A stretch of 47,748 nt of DNA, taken from positions 1-47,748 of the forward strand of contig MESW01000010.1 of assembly GCA_001771135.1 (NCBI GenBank), written 5' to 3'. The translations under genes were made by a program, and so were the position numbers. The notes beneath the pieces are model-generated. The model made no database searches. It had not been told where the DNA came from and saw only the letters and a list, made by a program, of their open reading frames with translations. Each line of letters starts with the position of its first letter. The stretch's first letter is position 1. This document shows positions 9,286 through 19,429 of the stretch, one piece after another. The DNA comes from a candidate division CPR3 bacterium GWF2_35_18. Its GTDB lineage: Bacteria > Patescibacteriota > CPR3 > GWF2-35-18.

Positions 9286-9822
9286 ATGTTAAAAAAAGAA
9301 GATCCAAAAACTAAATCAACGCAGACTAAAGAAGAACAAAAGCAAGGCGAAAAGAATAAACAATCTGTAAAGCAAACGGAGAATCAATTAAATCATTTGC
9401 AATCTGAGAATGAGGCTTTGCGGTTAAAAAATCAAGACTTGGAGAATAAGTTAAAGAGAGCTATAGCTGACTATCAAAATTTAGAAACCAGAATTGCTCG
9501 ACAAAGGCAGGAATTAGCAGATTATTTTAAGAAAGATATTGTAGTTAAATTTCTACCGGTTTTAGATAATTTGGAACGAGCCAGTAAAACAATAAACGAT
9601 CAGGGACTAAAATTCGTCGTCAAGCAATTTCACAATCTTTTGGAAGAAGTGGGATTGAAAATCGTAGGTCAGGTTGGGCAGGAGTTTGATCCACATCAAC
9701 ATGAATGTATTGAAGTTGTAAATGGTGATGAAAATAAAGTGATTGAAGTTTTAGAAAAGGGTTATTCTTTGAGCGAAAAAATCGTTCGTCCTGCCAAAGT
9801 AAAGGTGGGAAGAAAGAATTAA
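9286..9822 (+). CDS. grpE: Nucleotide exchange factor GrpE
   Basis: RAIADYQN, FLPVLDNLERA, FDPHQHE, KGY...VRPAKVKV; ATG at 9286 preferred over the TTG at 9253. Confidence 0.95.
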   Translation: MLKKEDPKTKSTQTKEEQKQGEKNKQSVKQTENQLNHLQSENEALRLKNQDLENKLKRAIADYQNLETRIARQRQELADYFKKDIVVKFLPVLDNLERASKTINDQGLKFVVKQFHNLLEEVGLKIVGQVGQEFDPHQHECIEVVNGDENKVIEVLEKGYSLSEKIVRPAKVKVGRKN

Positions 9823-9867
9823 AATTATAAATTAAACATTATTTAATATTTAAGGAGGAAAATTAAA

Positions 9868-11781
9868 ATGGGAAAAATTATTGGTATTGATTTGGGAACA
9901 ACAAACTCTTGTGTGGCCGTGATGGAAGGTGGTTCACCCAAAGTGATTCATTCAGCTGAAGGTGAAAATACTATTCCTTCCGTTGTGGATCCCTCTAAAA
10001 ATTTGGTGGGAAGAGTGGCCAAGCGACAAGCAGTTGTAAATCCTAAAAACACAATCTTCTCAATTAAACGTTTAATGGGAAGACGCTTTAAAGATAAATC
10101 GGTTCAAAGCGACATGAAATGGTTGCCGTATGACATTAAAGAGGGAAAAAACGGAATGGCAGTCGTTGAAATCGAGGGAAAAACTTATTCTCCTCAAGAG
10201 ATTTCTGCCCAGATCTTACAAAAATGTAAAGTCGATGCCGAAAGTTACTTAGGGGAAAAAGTTACTCAAGCTGTGATTACAGTTCCCGCTTATTTTGATG
10301 ACAGTCAAAGACAAGCGACAAAACAAGCCGGAGAAATTGCAGGACTCAAGGTCGAAAGAATTGTAAACGAACCAACCGCTTCTTCTCTAGCCTATGGTCT
10401 TGATAAGAAAAAAGCCGAAACCGTGGCTGTTTACGATTTCGGTGGAGGAACCTTTGATATCTCAATTCTAGATCTTGGTGAAGGAGTTTATGAGGTAAAA
10501 TCCACAAATGGAGATACTCATCTTGGTGGTGATGACTTTGATCAAAGAATTTTAGACTTTCTAGCCGAAGATTTTAAGAAAAAAGAGGGAATTGATCTTA
10601 AGAAAGATCGACAGGCATTACAAAGACTCCGTGATGGAGCGGAAAAAGCGAAGATTGAACTTTCTTCTTCACAGGAATCAGAGATCTCAATTCCTTTTAT
10701 AACCGCTGATCAAACAGGTCCAAAACATCTTAATTACAAACTGACTCGGGCAAAACTGGAACAGCTTACTGATGACCTCATCCAAAAATCAATTAAACCA
10801 TGTGAAGAAGCTCTAAAAGATGCGAAACTAACAAAAAAAGATATAGATGAAGTGATTCTCGTGGGTGGAATGACCAGAATGCCCAAGATGCAGGAAGTCG
10901 TAAAGAAATTCTTTGAAAAGGAACCGCACAAGGGAATTAATCCTGATGAAGTGGTAGCTGTCGGAGCCGCAATTCAGGCAGGAGTTTTGGGTGGAGAGGT
11001 TACCGATGTGCAGCTTATCGATGTCACTCCCCTAACCTTAGGATTGGAAACCTTGGGTGGAGTTAGAACTCCCTTAATTGAGAGAAACTCGCGAATTCCG
11101 ACTGAAAAAATTCAAGTCTTTTCAACTGCGGGTGATAATCAGACTCAGGTAGAAATAAATGTTTTACAGGGAGAACGTGAATTTGCCGCTGATAATAAGT
11201 CACTGGGACGATTTATCCTTGACGGAATTCCTCCTGCACCACGTGGTATTCCTCAGATTGAGGTTAAATTCGACATTGATGCCAACGGAATTTTGAATGT
11301 TTTAGCTAAAGATAAAGCAACCGGAAAAGAACAAAAGATTACAATCACTGGTTCAACAGGTCTTGCTAAAGATGAAGTGGAAAAGATGACCAAAGATGCC
11401 GAAGCGCATGCTGAAGAGGATAAGAATAAAAAAGAAAAAATCGAAGCCAAAAATGTGGCAGACAATCTTTGTTATCAAGCCGAAAAAACTCTGAAAGATC
11501 TGGGAGACAAGATAAAGCCTGATGATAAGAAAAACATTGAAGAAAAAGTAAAAGAGTTACGGGGAATGTTGGAAACAGCGGAGGTTGATACCTTGAAGAA
11601 AAAGACTGAAGAACTCGGTCAAGATCTGCAAAAGATAGGACAAGCGATGTATCAACAGCAAGGTCAACCGGGTCAAAATACTGAAGAGAAATCTGAAGAC
11701 AAAGGAGATGGAAAGACCGAAGATGACTCCAATAATTCAACCAAAGAGGGCGATGTAAAAGAAGGGGAAGTAGTTGAGTAA
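9868..11781 (+). CDS. dnaK: Chaperone DnaK (Hsp70)
   Basis: [30 protein letters not shown]; SD AAGGAGG. Confidence 0.99.
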   Translation: MGKIIGIDLGTTNSCVAVMEGGSPKVIHSAEGENTIPSVVDPSKNLVGRVAKRQAVVNPKNTIFSIKRLMGRRFKDKSVQSDMKWLPYDIKEGKNGMAVVEIEGKTYSPQEISAQILQKCKVDAESYLGEKVTQAVITVPAYFDDSQRQATKQAGEIAGLKVERIVNEPTASSLAYGLDKKKAETVAVYDFGGGTFDISILDLGEGVYEVKSTNGDTHLGGDDFDQRILDFLAEDFKKKEGIDLKKDRQALQRLRDGAEKAKIELSSSQESEISIPFITADQTGPKHLNYKLTRAKLEQLTDDLIQKSIKPCEEALKDAKLTKKDIDEVILVGGMTRMPKMQEVVKKFFEKEPHKGINPDEVVAVGAAIQAGVLGGEVTDVQLIDVTPLTLGLETLGGVRTPLIERNSRIPTEKIQVFSTAGDNQTQVEINVLQGEREFAADNKSLGRFILDGIPPAPRGIPQIEVKFDIDANGILNVLAKDKATGKEQKITITGSTGLAKDEVEKMTKDAEAHAEEDKNKKEKIEAKNVADNLCYQAEKTLKDLGDKIKPDDKKNIEEKVKELRGMLETAEVDTLKKKTEELGQDLQKIGQAMYQQQGQPGQNTEEKSEDKGDGKTEDDSNNSTKEGDVKEGEVVE

Positions 11782-11810
11782 TAGAGATTAGATATTATAT
11801 GATATTAAGA

Positions 11811-11839
11811 GTAGGGACAGGGCAATGCCCTGTCCCTAC
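11811..11839. repeat. GTAG-type REP-like perfect palindrome (may also act as dnaK terminator/stabiliser)
   Basis: GTAGGGACAGGGCA-A-TGCCCTGTCCCTAC, 14-bp perfect arms, GC-rich in an AT-rich spacer. Confidence 0.7.
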
Positions 11840-11863
11840 ATAGTTTATTTCAAGATAAAATAA

Positions 11864-11948
11864 AACCACAGCTAAAGATGTGGTTGAATTCCTTAAAATA
11901 TTTTGCCGGAGGCGAAAGCGAAAAAGAGTGTCACGGATTTATCCGTGA
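11864..11948. mobile_element. Possible IS200/IS605-end-like or REPIN-like non-autonomous remnant
   Basis: Two hairpins with reverse-complementary loops: AACCACAGC-TAAA-GATGTGGTT (11864-11885) and TCACGGA-TTTA-TCCGTGA (11931-11948); no transposase nearby. Confidence 0.4.
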
Positions 11949-11954
11949 GAATCT

Positions 11955-12551
11955 ATGCCAATCAAAGAGATCGAATACAAAATTCAGATTACCGGAATGC
12001 AGATGAAAACCTTGGAAAAATGGTTATCAGGTAAGGCAAAGTTTATCAAAAATAAACATCAGATTGATTATTATCTAGAAGATCCGCAGAAACCGTTTAC
12101 TTTTATCAATAAAAAAGGTTTCAAAGATGCGATTGATTATTTCCGAATCAGAATCGATAATAGTGGTGACTCTACCTGTTTAAAGCATTTTCATAAAGAT
12201 AATTTGGGAAACTACACCCATTGTGATGAATACGAAGTAAAAGTTGAAAATGGTATCGAACTGCTAACTTTATATAAAACATTGGGATACAAAGAGCTTA
12301 TTGTGATTGACAAAGAAAGAAAAGTTTATGAGTATCCTGGTTTTGAAATTGGAGTTGATACTGTAAAAGGTTTGGGTAACTTTGTAGAAGTAGAGCTCAA
12401 AAAAGAGGTTACAGATGTTAAAGATGGACATAGATTGATTGAGAAATTATTATTAGAGATAGGGATTAAAGAGTATAATAAACAGAATCGGGGTTACGTC
12501 TCGATGATGCTTAATCCGGACTACGATTTTGCAACTCATGAAGAGATTTAA
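11955..12551 (+). CDS. CYTH-domain protein (class IV adenylate cyclase/triphosphatase-like)
   Basis: EIEYK (ExExK), QIDYY, FRIR, EYEV, IDKERKVY, DTVKGLGNFVEVE. Confidence 0.9.
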   Translation: MPIKEIEYKIQITGMQMKTLEKWLSGKAKFIKNKHQIDYYLEDPQKPFTFINKKGFKDAIDYFRIRIDNSGDSTCLKHFHKDNLGNYTHCDEYEVKVENGIELLTLYKTLGYKELIVIDKERKVYEYPGFEIGVDTVKGLGNFVEVELKKEVTDVKDGHRLIEKLLLEIGIKEYNKQNRGYVSMMLNPDYDFATHEEI

Positions 12552-12574
12552 TTTTTTTATTGTAAAAGGTAATT

Positions 12575-13747
12575 ATGGCTACAAAACGTGATTATTATGA
12601 AATTTTAGGGGTAACAAAAAGCTCTACTGCCAGTGAGATAAAAAGTGCCTATCGAAAACTGGCCTTGAAATATCATCCGGATCGTAATAAAGAACCGGAT
12701 GCCAATGAAAAATTCAAAGAAATTAACCAAGCATACGAAGTGCTTTCGGATACGAAAAAGCGTCAGACTTATGATCAATATGGTCACGCCGCTTTTGATC
12801 AGCAAAGCGGTTTTGGCGGTTGGAATCAGCAGGGAGCTCAGGGCGGATCGTACCGCGTTTATACTGACGGTGACTTCGGTGGATTTTCAGATCCCTTTGA
12901 TATTTTCGAACAGTTTTTTGGTGATACTTCTCCCTTTGGATTTCGTACTTCAAATAGTCGAAGTCGGAGAAATCCTCAAACTGAACATGGTCGAGGAGAG
13001 GATTTACGGTACACCTTAGAAATTCGCTTTGAAGATGCGGTAAAGGGATCAACTCAGGAAATTTCATACAAACGTTTTGAAAAATGTGAAACCTGTCATG
13101 GGTCTGGAGCCAAAAAAGGAACAGGGTCAAAAACTTGTCCCATCTGTCATGGATCAGGTCAGGAACAGCGAATGCAACAGACTATCTTTGGATCTTTTGC
13201 CACAACCAGAGTTTGTAATCGCTGTGGTGGACAGGGAAAGATCATCGAAAATCCGTGTTCAAATTGTCGCGGTACCGGGAGAGTAAAAAAATCAAAAAGT
13301 CTGACAATCAAGATTCCCGCCGGAGTAAATATGGGTACGGAAATTCGGTATACGGGGGATGGAGATGTGGGCGAACGAGGTTCGATAAACGGAGATCTTT
13401 ATATTGCTATCAGAATAAAACCGCACAAATATTTTGTACGTCGTAATAACGATATTTATTTAGAAATTCCGCTTACCTTTTCACAAGCGGCTTTAGGTGA
13501 TGTTGTGAATGTTCCTACAATTGATGGTGAAGTGAAACTAAAGGTGCCTGCCGGTACTCAAACCGGTACTGAATTTAGACTCAAAAATGAGGGGGTTCCC
13601 TATTTATCTAGTAGTACGCGTGGAGATCAATATATAAAAGTAAAGGTTCGAACACCTCAAAAACTGACACGTCGCCAAAAAGAAATTCTTGAGGAGCTGC
13701 AACAAGAAGAAAAGCCTCAAGAGTTCTGGAAACAATTTTTTGGTTAA
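12575..13747 (+). CDS. dnaJ: Chaperone DnaJ
   Basis: J domain with HPD, G/F region, four CxxCxGxG motifs, C-terminal domains. Confidence 0.98.
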   Translation: MATKRDYYEILGVTKSSTASEIKSAYRKLALKYHPDRNKEPDANEKFKEINQAYEVLSDTKKRQTYDQYGHAAFDQQSGFGGWNQQGAQGGSYRVYTDGDFGGFSDPFDIFEQFFGDTSPFGFRTSNSRSRRNPQTEHGRGEDLRYTLEIRFEDAVKGSTQEISYKRFEKCETCHGSGAKKGTGSKTCPICHGSGQEQRMQQTIFGSFATTRVCNRCGGQGKIIENPCSNCRGTGRVKKSKSLTIKIPAGVNMGTEIRYTGDGDVGERGSINGDLYIAIRIKPHKYFVRRNNDIYLEIPLTFSQAALGDVVNVPTIDGEVKLKVPAGTQTGTEFRLKNEGVPYLSSSTRGDQYIKVKVRTPQKLTRRQKEILEELQQEEKPQEFWKQFFG

Positions 13748-13917
13748 AATGCTAGATATTACATTACGAGATTAAAATATTGAGATATTAAGTAAAAAGT
13801 TATCTCTTAATATCATGATATTTCTATATCTTTATCTATTTCTTTCCTTTTTTCTTTTCACCTTTTCCTTTTTCTGTTAAGATTATCTTAATCAAAAATT
13901 TACCTTGGAGAATTATT

Positions 13918-15054
13918 ATGAGTGAAGTTTTTTCTGGTGTTGAGAAGCTGGAAGCCTTGAAGTTTGTAGAAGAAAAAGAACAAAGGGAAATTTTAGATCA
14001 GATCGAAGTTATAGCTCCTACTTTGCAAAAAGAAGGGGTTATGTCGGGAGTAATTGTTGATGCCTCTTTGGGAGGATCCAATATCGAAATGGGTCAGGCT
14101 TCAAAATCAAATTTGATGATTGTAGGTTTGGAAAAAGATACGAAACAGACAGAGGAAGCTCTTCAAGACCATGGCTATGGAGTAGAATCTGTTTCAGTTG
14201 GAGACAATAAAAGGCTTTCAATTTCAAAAGAAGGAAGTCAGACAAATGGTTCGTGTGATATTGTTTTTGGAAATATGGTCGAAGGAAATATTGTGGAAGT
14301 AAAAATGGGAGATAAAGTAGTACGGCTCAGAGTAAGTGAAGAGTCTATTGGAATTGGTGGAGTGGAAGTTCCGGTATTATATATTGTAAGTGAAGATGAA
14401 TTGGAACAGGCTTATATAGAAGCTTTAGGAAAAGGTGATTTTGCAGAGGTAAAAAAATTACAGCGAATTTTACAACAAGAAAGAATTGACGTTTGTGAGG
14501 AAAAATACAAGCTTCAACTTGGAGAAAATCAGGAAGGTAAAGCAGAATCATCGACAGAGTTATTAAAACAGCCTCTGATGGATGAGCAGCAGTTACAAGA
14601 AGCTAGAAATTTGGATGTTGAAAGCTGGCAGGAATTTGATTTTGAATATACTTATCCGGGTTTACAAGGACTCATTATTAGTGAACAAAGATTATTTTTG
14701 GAAAAGTGGGAAGAGATGAAGGCTAAATATGGAGATAGAGTCAAAGATAAAATGTCTATGCAAGAGCTTTATAATCTGATGTATGAGGATGGATATTTTG
14801 ATGATTTGGAAGAACAAAGTGATAAAGTAAAAATCTTAGGATCAATTGGACAGATTCAGGGAACTGAAGCTCAAAGTGAATATTCTCAAGAAGATGCTAT
14901 TATTCTTCTGGAGCAGGTGATGTTAGAATCCGTTTCTCGTAATTTGGGTAAAACAAAGGGAGACAAAAGAGTTTTTAGTTTACTTGTACGCACTCGAAAG
15001 TTTGAAACTGCAAATGCCTCTGGAGTTGCATCTACCTCTAAAGGTCAAAATTAA
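13918..15054 (+). CDS. Acidic hypothetical protein
   Basis: 378-aa ORF with GGAG SD; very E/D-rich; no clear family. Confidence 0.75.
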   Translation: MSEVFSGVEKLEALKFVEEKEQREILDQIEVIAPTLQKEGVMSGVIVDASLGGSNIEMGQASKSNLMIVGLEKDTKQTEEALQDHGYGVESVSVGDNKRLSISKEGSQTNGSCDIVFGNMVEGNIVEVKMGDKVVRLRVSEESIGIGGVEVPVLYIVSEDELEQAYIEALGKGDFAEVKKLQRILQQERIDVCEEKYKLQLGENQEGKAESSTELLKQPLMDEQQLQEARNLDVESWQEFDFEYTYPGLQGLIISEQRLFLEKWEEMKAKYGDRVKDKMSMQELYNLMYEDGYFDDLEEQSDKVKILGSIGQIQGTEAQSEYSQEDAIILLEQVMLESVSRNLGKTKGDKRVFSLLVRTRKFETANASGVASTSKGQN

Positions 15055-15077
15055 TTAAATAGTAGAAAGGATTTCTT

Positions 15078-15965
15078 ATGGATAACTTTGATCAAAATCA
15101 AAACAATAATAGTTCACAAGTTACAGATAATCCAGTTCCTCATGATCAAACTCAAAATCAATCTTTTGTAACTCCAAGTTCCGATGTGGAAATAGAGAGT
15201 CAGCCAGTATTCCCTAAAGTTGAATCTTCGGAACAAAATATTTCAGATCCTCCTATTATTAAAAAAGGTTACGGAGATAACTATGAAGAGAATGAAGGCG
15301 TAAAAGAAATTCCAGTTTCTCACCTCACAACAGAACAGGTTATTTTTGAAGATACCAAAAATTATCCGCAAGCACAGCCAAAAAATCAAGAGATAAACGA
15401 AGATAATAAGGTGCAAAAAGCAATCGATAAATTAGCAGCAGAAGCTATAAAAGAACCGATTATCCAAAAACCAGCAGAGGTAGCTTCTGTAGAGATTAAA
15501 GAAGTTTCGACGCAACGTATTCCCACAAATATGGAAAGTGAGATAGCTTCTCAGTCCTCAGTTCCACCAATTACTACAGCTGTTGATAATCAAGGTGTTT
15601 CTATGGCAAATGACCAATTTGTCGAAAAACTTGATCTGGAACCGAATGCCCAGCAAGTTTTTGAAGAAGCGGCAAGTTCTGATAACCCTGAGCAAGTTTT
15701 TGACGCGGTAGAGCAAAGCAAAGATGAAAAATTAGCTCAAGAGTTGATTCAAAAATCCGGATTATCTCCGGAAATTGTTCAAAAAGCTTTACAGGAAAAA
15801 ACTCAAAAAATTCAAGAAGAACAATCTTCTGTTCCTCCCCGACCTATTTCTGAAGTAACAACACAAGAGGCCAAAGCAGTTTTGGGAGAAGAAGAATACC
15901 AAAAAGAAGCTCAGGATTTACAATCTATTAATCAACCAAGTTCTGACAATAATAGTAATTCTTAG
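15078..15965 (+). CDS. Low-complexity Q/E/S/P/N-rich, probably disordered hypothetical protein
   Basis: 295-aa ORF with AAGGA SD; no Cys or Trp, few aromatics. Confidence 0.75.
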   Translation: MDNFDQNQNNNSSQVTDNPVPHDQTQNQSFVTPSSDVEIESQPVFPKVESSEQNISDPPIIKKGYGDNYEENEGVKEIPVSHLTTEQVIFEDTKNYPQAQPKNQEINEDNKVQKAIDKLAAEAIKEPIIQKPAEVASVEIKEVSTQRIPTNMESEIASQSSVPPITTAVDNQGVSMANDQFVEKLDLEPNAQQVFEEAASSDNPEQVFDAVEQSKDEKLAQELIQKSGLSPEIVQKALQEKTQKIQEEQSSVPPRPISEVTTQEAKAVLGEEEYQKEAQDLQSINQPSSDNNSNS

Positions 15966-15970
15966 TTTTA

Positions 15971-17299
15971 TTATTCGTATCTTAGAGCTTCAATGGGATC
16001 GAGTTTGGAAGCGCGTGAGGCTGGATATAAGCCAGCAAGAATTCCAATTAGTACGGCAAAGAAAATACTTCCAACTGCTAATTCCCAGGGAAAGGTAAAG
16101 AAATTTTGAGAGCTTTCACCGATATTTTTCAGGTAGATATTTAAAAATACCTGTAGTCCATAAGCGCTGAAATATCCGAAAAACGCTCCGGCAACTCCAC
16201 CAAGAAATCCAATCAAACCGGCTTCAGTAATAAAAATCATACGGATGTTAGCATTTGTGGCTCCGATTGCTTTCATAACTCCAATCTCTTTAGTCCTTTC
16301 GTAAATAGACATGATCATCGTATTAATTATCCCAATAGAAGCAACAAATAAAGCGATTAAACCAAAAATAGCCAAGACTGCTTGAATGACAATAAAGATA
16401 GTATTAATCATGCCGATAAGATCTTCGACAGTGATTGCATCAAAATCCATTTCCTTAATTTTCTTAGCAACTTCTTTGGTATTACTTAGGTCATCAGTGT
16501 TTACATAAAGAAATGGATATCCGGTATTTTCCAAATAATCTTCTTTTGTCGTATTTTCTTTTTTGGAGACTTTAACCTCAATTTCTTTTTCTAGAGGAAG
16601 AGCATAATTGAGTTGATCTTCTCCAACATCAATTACTGCTACAATTATCTGTTCTATTACGATTTCTTCGCCACCACTATTATTCATAAACATCATTCCA
16701 CCACTACCTTCTTTGGCAAACCGGATATTCAGCTTTTTTCCAATTACATCTTGAGGATTTACTTGATAGGTATCTGTAAAGTGTTGTGAAACTAGGACAT
16801 TATTTTTATTCTGATACCAATTATGCATACTGCCGGCAAGAACACCTTTGATATAAGTATCAGATTCCAAAACGTCAAATCCAAATCCCATGATATTTGT
16901 AATCTCTTTTTCTTGTCCTTCTAATTTGGCACTTTTGGGTATCGACATGGTCATGGGTTGGACTTGAGTGACATGGTCGAACTTGGAAATTTCATCGACA
17001 ACAGTTTGAGAGATGACTTTTTTATTCAGTTCTTCTTCACCAACCAGGGATCCTTGACCGGTTCCCATACTGGAGAAAGTTCCTCCAGACATAGTGCCTT
17101 CTTGCGCTACGGTAATTCGGGTATACTCCATCTGTCCGGTAATCATATTTAAAAGCCAAGTTCGAACCCCAAGTCCGAGAGAGATCATGACTGTCAGTAA
17201 AAAAATTCCAATAAAAACCGCAAAAGAGGTCAAAAATGTCCGGGTTTTTCGACGGGTTAAATTTCGATATGCAATTGGAAGGATATCAATAACTTTCAT
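15971..17299 (-). CDS. MacB/FtsX-family ABC transporter permease
   Basis: RNL.RRK.RT.LT; GIINTMIMSIYERTKEIGVMKAIGA; YPASRASKLDPIEALRYE. Confidence 0.95.
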   Translation of the reverse strand: MKVIDILPIAYRNLTRRKTRTFLTSFAVFIGIFLLTVMISLGLGVRTWLLNMITGQMEYTRITVAQEGTMSGGTFSSMGTGQGSLVGEEELNKKVISQTVVDEISKFDHVTQVQPMTMSIPKSAKLEGQEKEITNIMGFGFDVLESDTYIKGVLAGSMHNWYQNKNNVLVSQHFTDTYQVNPQDVIGKKLNIRFAKEGSGGMMFMNNSGGEEIVIEQIIVAVIDVGEDQLNYALPLEKEIEVKVSKKENTTKEDYLENTGYPFLYVNTDDLSNTKEVAKKIKEMDFDAITVEDLIGMINTIFIVIQAVLAIFGLIALFVASIGIINTMIMSIYERTKEIGVMKAIGATNANIRMIFITEAGLIGFLGGVAGAFFGYFSAYGLQVFLNIYLKNIGESSQNFFTFPWELAVGSIFFAVLIGILAGLYPASRASKLDPIEALRYE

Positions 17300-17304
17300 A
17301 ATAT

Positions 17305-17973
17305 TTATGATTTTAAAATTACACCATCTCTCATTTTAATTTGTCTATCTGCAAAAGCAGCATCTTCCATGTTATGAGTTACAATAATGACGGTTATATT
17401 CTGTTCGCGATTTAATTTTTTGAATAAATTCATAATTTTATCGCCGGTTTTACTGTCCAGATTTCCAGTAGGTTCATCAGCAATTAAAATCTGGGGATCA
17501 TTCACAAGAGCTCTAGCAATTGCTACTCTTTGTGATTCCCCCCCAGAAAGCTCTGCTGGTTTATGATCTGCTCTATCATCAAGTCCAACTTTTTTCAAAG
17601 CTTGTAAGGCTTTTTGTTTTCTTGTTTTTGATCCAAAATTGGCAAAGACCAATGGAAGAGCTACATTTTCTGCCGCAGTTAATATTGGTTGCAAATTGAA
17701 GTTTTGAAAAACAAAACCGATATGTTTATTACGATATTCAGCTAATTTACTATCTTTTAGTTTCGCAAGGGTAATATTTAAAAGAGAAACATTTCCTTTT
17801 GAGGGATGATCGAGTCCTCCAATAAGATGTAATAAAGTTGATTTTCCCGACCCTGAAGGACCAACGATTGCCACAAATTCACCTTTTTTGATTTCCATAC
17901 TTAGATTATCAATTGCATTTATGGTGTTTTTGCCAAGGGTGTAGGTTTTAAAAACGTTTTCAAGTTTAATCAT
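17305..17973 (-). CDS. LolD/MacB-type ABC transporter ATP-binding protein
   Basis: GPSGSGKST, LSGGE, ADEPTGNLD, VTH; ATG at 17973 (GTG at 17982 alternative). Confidence 0.95.
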   Translation of the reverse strand: MIKLENVFKTYTLGKNTINAIDNLSMEIKKGEFVAIVGPSGSGKSTLLHLIGGLDHPSKGNVSLLNITLAKLKDSKLAEYRNKHIGFVFQNFNLQPILTAAENVALPLVFANFGSKTRKQKALQALKKVGLDDRADHKPAELSGGESQRVAIARALVNDPQILIADEPTGNLDSKTGDKIMNLFKKLNREQNITVIIVTHNMEDAAFADRQIKMRDGVILKS

Positions 17974-18046
17974 ATGCTTCACTTAATATCAAATTTGATC
18001 AATGATAAATAGGCTAACAAAAAAATAGGTATTCGTAAAGTACCTT

Positions 18047-18805
18047 CTATTTAAGTAGGTGTAATTTTTGATAGAGGTCGACTTTTTCAGAAAAACGAAT
18101 GATCTGTGCAAAGACATTACTTTTCTCAATTTTAAATTCAGTTTCATCTTTATGATCAGAGATCACTATTCCATCAATGACTAAGTTGCATGAAGTTTTC
18201 GATACAATTTTTATTTTGATTTCAGGAGGAATAATTAGCGGTCTATAAAAACTAGCAAAAGGAGTTACCGGAGTAATAATCAAAGCCGCAATTTGGGGAT
18301 CGATAATACTGCCTCCTGCCGAGAGTGAGTATGCTGTAGATCCAGTAGGGGTAGCAACAATAATTCCGTCCCCACGAATTGCATGTAGTAACTCATTATT
18401 CAGATAAATCTCGCCTTCAAACATCTGTCCGAGATTTTTCTTCGTGATATTAATTTCATTTAAAGCTTCATGTTGGGAGTAGGAGATTTTCATTCTTTTT
18501 TCTATGAAATATTTATTTTGGAGATAAAGTTGCCAGACTTTTTTCCAATCTTTCAAAGAGGCGGAGGCTAAAAATTCCACTCTTCCCGCTCCTAGAGGAA
18601 GTTTTTTTACTTTTGGAAAGGCTGTTTCGGCATGTAATACTGTTCCATCTCCCCCAATTGGAATAATTAAGTCATATTTTTTACTGTTAATATCTAGAGA
18701 ATTTCTGTCGGGAAGAATGTCAGCGTTTATCTCTTTCGCCATGATTCTGGCTTGTTTCTCAATCTCCGGAGTCGTTTTATAAAAAATTAAGATATTTTGG
18801 TTCAT
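18047..18805 (-). CDS. nadK: NAD(+) kinase
   Basis: GGDGT, LNE, GDG...TPTGSTAYSLSAGG. Confidence 0.93.
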   Translation of the reverse strand: MNQNILIFYKTTPEIEKQARIMAKEINADILPDRNSLDINSKKYDLIIPIGGDGTVLHAETAFPKVKKLPLGAGRVEFLASASLKDWKKVWQLYLQNKYFIEKRMKISYSQHEALNEINITKKNLGQMFEGEIYLNNELLHAIRGDGIIVATPTGSTAYSLSAGGSIIDPQIAALIITPVTPFASFYRPLIIPPEIKIKIVSKTSCNLVIDGIVISDHKDETEFKIEKSNVFAQIIRFSEKVDLYQKLHLLK

Positions 18806-18832
18806 AATTAATACATTGGAATAACTTCTAAT

Positions 18833-19159
18833 TTAGGAGATAGCATGAAAATAACTAGTAATCCCTAGTAATCCTAAGAAAAATCCGACTAACCATAATG
18901 TCGTAATAATTACTAATATAATGGCTTTTCGAGTCTGCCTTTTTTCAAGATAAAGATAAATTGGGTAAGCTAAAACCAATGAAGAAGTTATAATCGCTGA
19001 AATAATAAAAAGAATCAAAATAAATAATCCAGCGATGATCTCATCGTTATAAGGGATAATCTGACTCAGATTATTCATAATTAAGACGACAAGGCTGCAA
19101 TACAAAACTACACCAATTGCCTGGAAAAAACCGATAGTAATATTTGATAGTTTTTTCAT
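18833..19159 (-). CDS. Small three-TM hypothetical membrane protein
   Basis: 108 aa, almost wholly hydrophobic. Confidence 0.75.
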   Translation of the reverse strand: MKKLSNITIGFFQAIGVVLYCSLVVLIMNNLSQIIPYNDEIIAGLFILILFIISAIITSSLVLAYPIYLYLEKRQTRKAIILVIITTLWLVGFFLGLLGITSYFHAIS

Positions 19160-19310
19160 AAATATCTTTCCTTTAATTATTTGATTCTTAAATTAGTCCA
19201 ATTTGGATATATTCTACTGTATGCGATAGTAAGTAACAAGTTATTCAAAAATAATCTAAAGTTGGTCAAATAAAAAATGAAGATTCATTTTAATTGAATC
19301 ATAAGCGGTA

Positions 19311-19339
19311 TTGTCTCGCTTTGTCTTTTGTGGTAATAT
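19311..19339 (+). promoter_or_regulatory. sigma70 promoter of the nusA operon
   Basis: TTGTCT-17nt-TAATAT with an extended -10 TG. Confidence 0.6.
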
Positions 19340-19369
19340 ATTAACGATTTTGGAATAGTGTTTCTTACT

Positions 19370-19400
19370 AAGTGGGAACTTGAGTTACCCACTTTTTTTT
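19370..19400 (+). terminator. rimP-leader-like attenuator hairpin upstream of nusA
   Basis: AAGTGGG-AACTTGAGTTA-CCCACTT plus T-run, between promoter and nusA; matches the GUGGG...CCCAC-U-tract of the rimP leader. Confidence 0.75.
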
Positions 19401-19429
19401 AAGGATAAACTTTTTAAAGGAGAATAATA

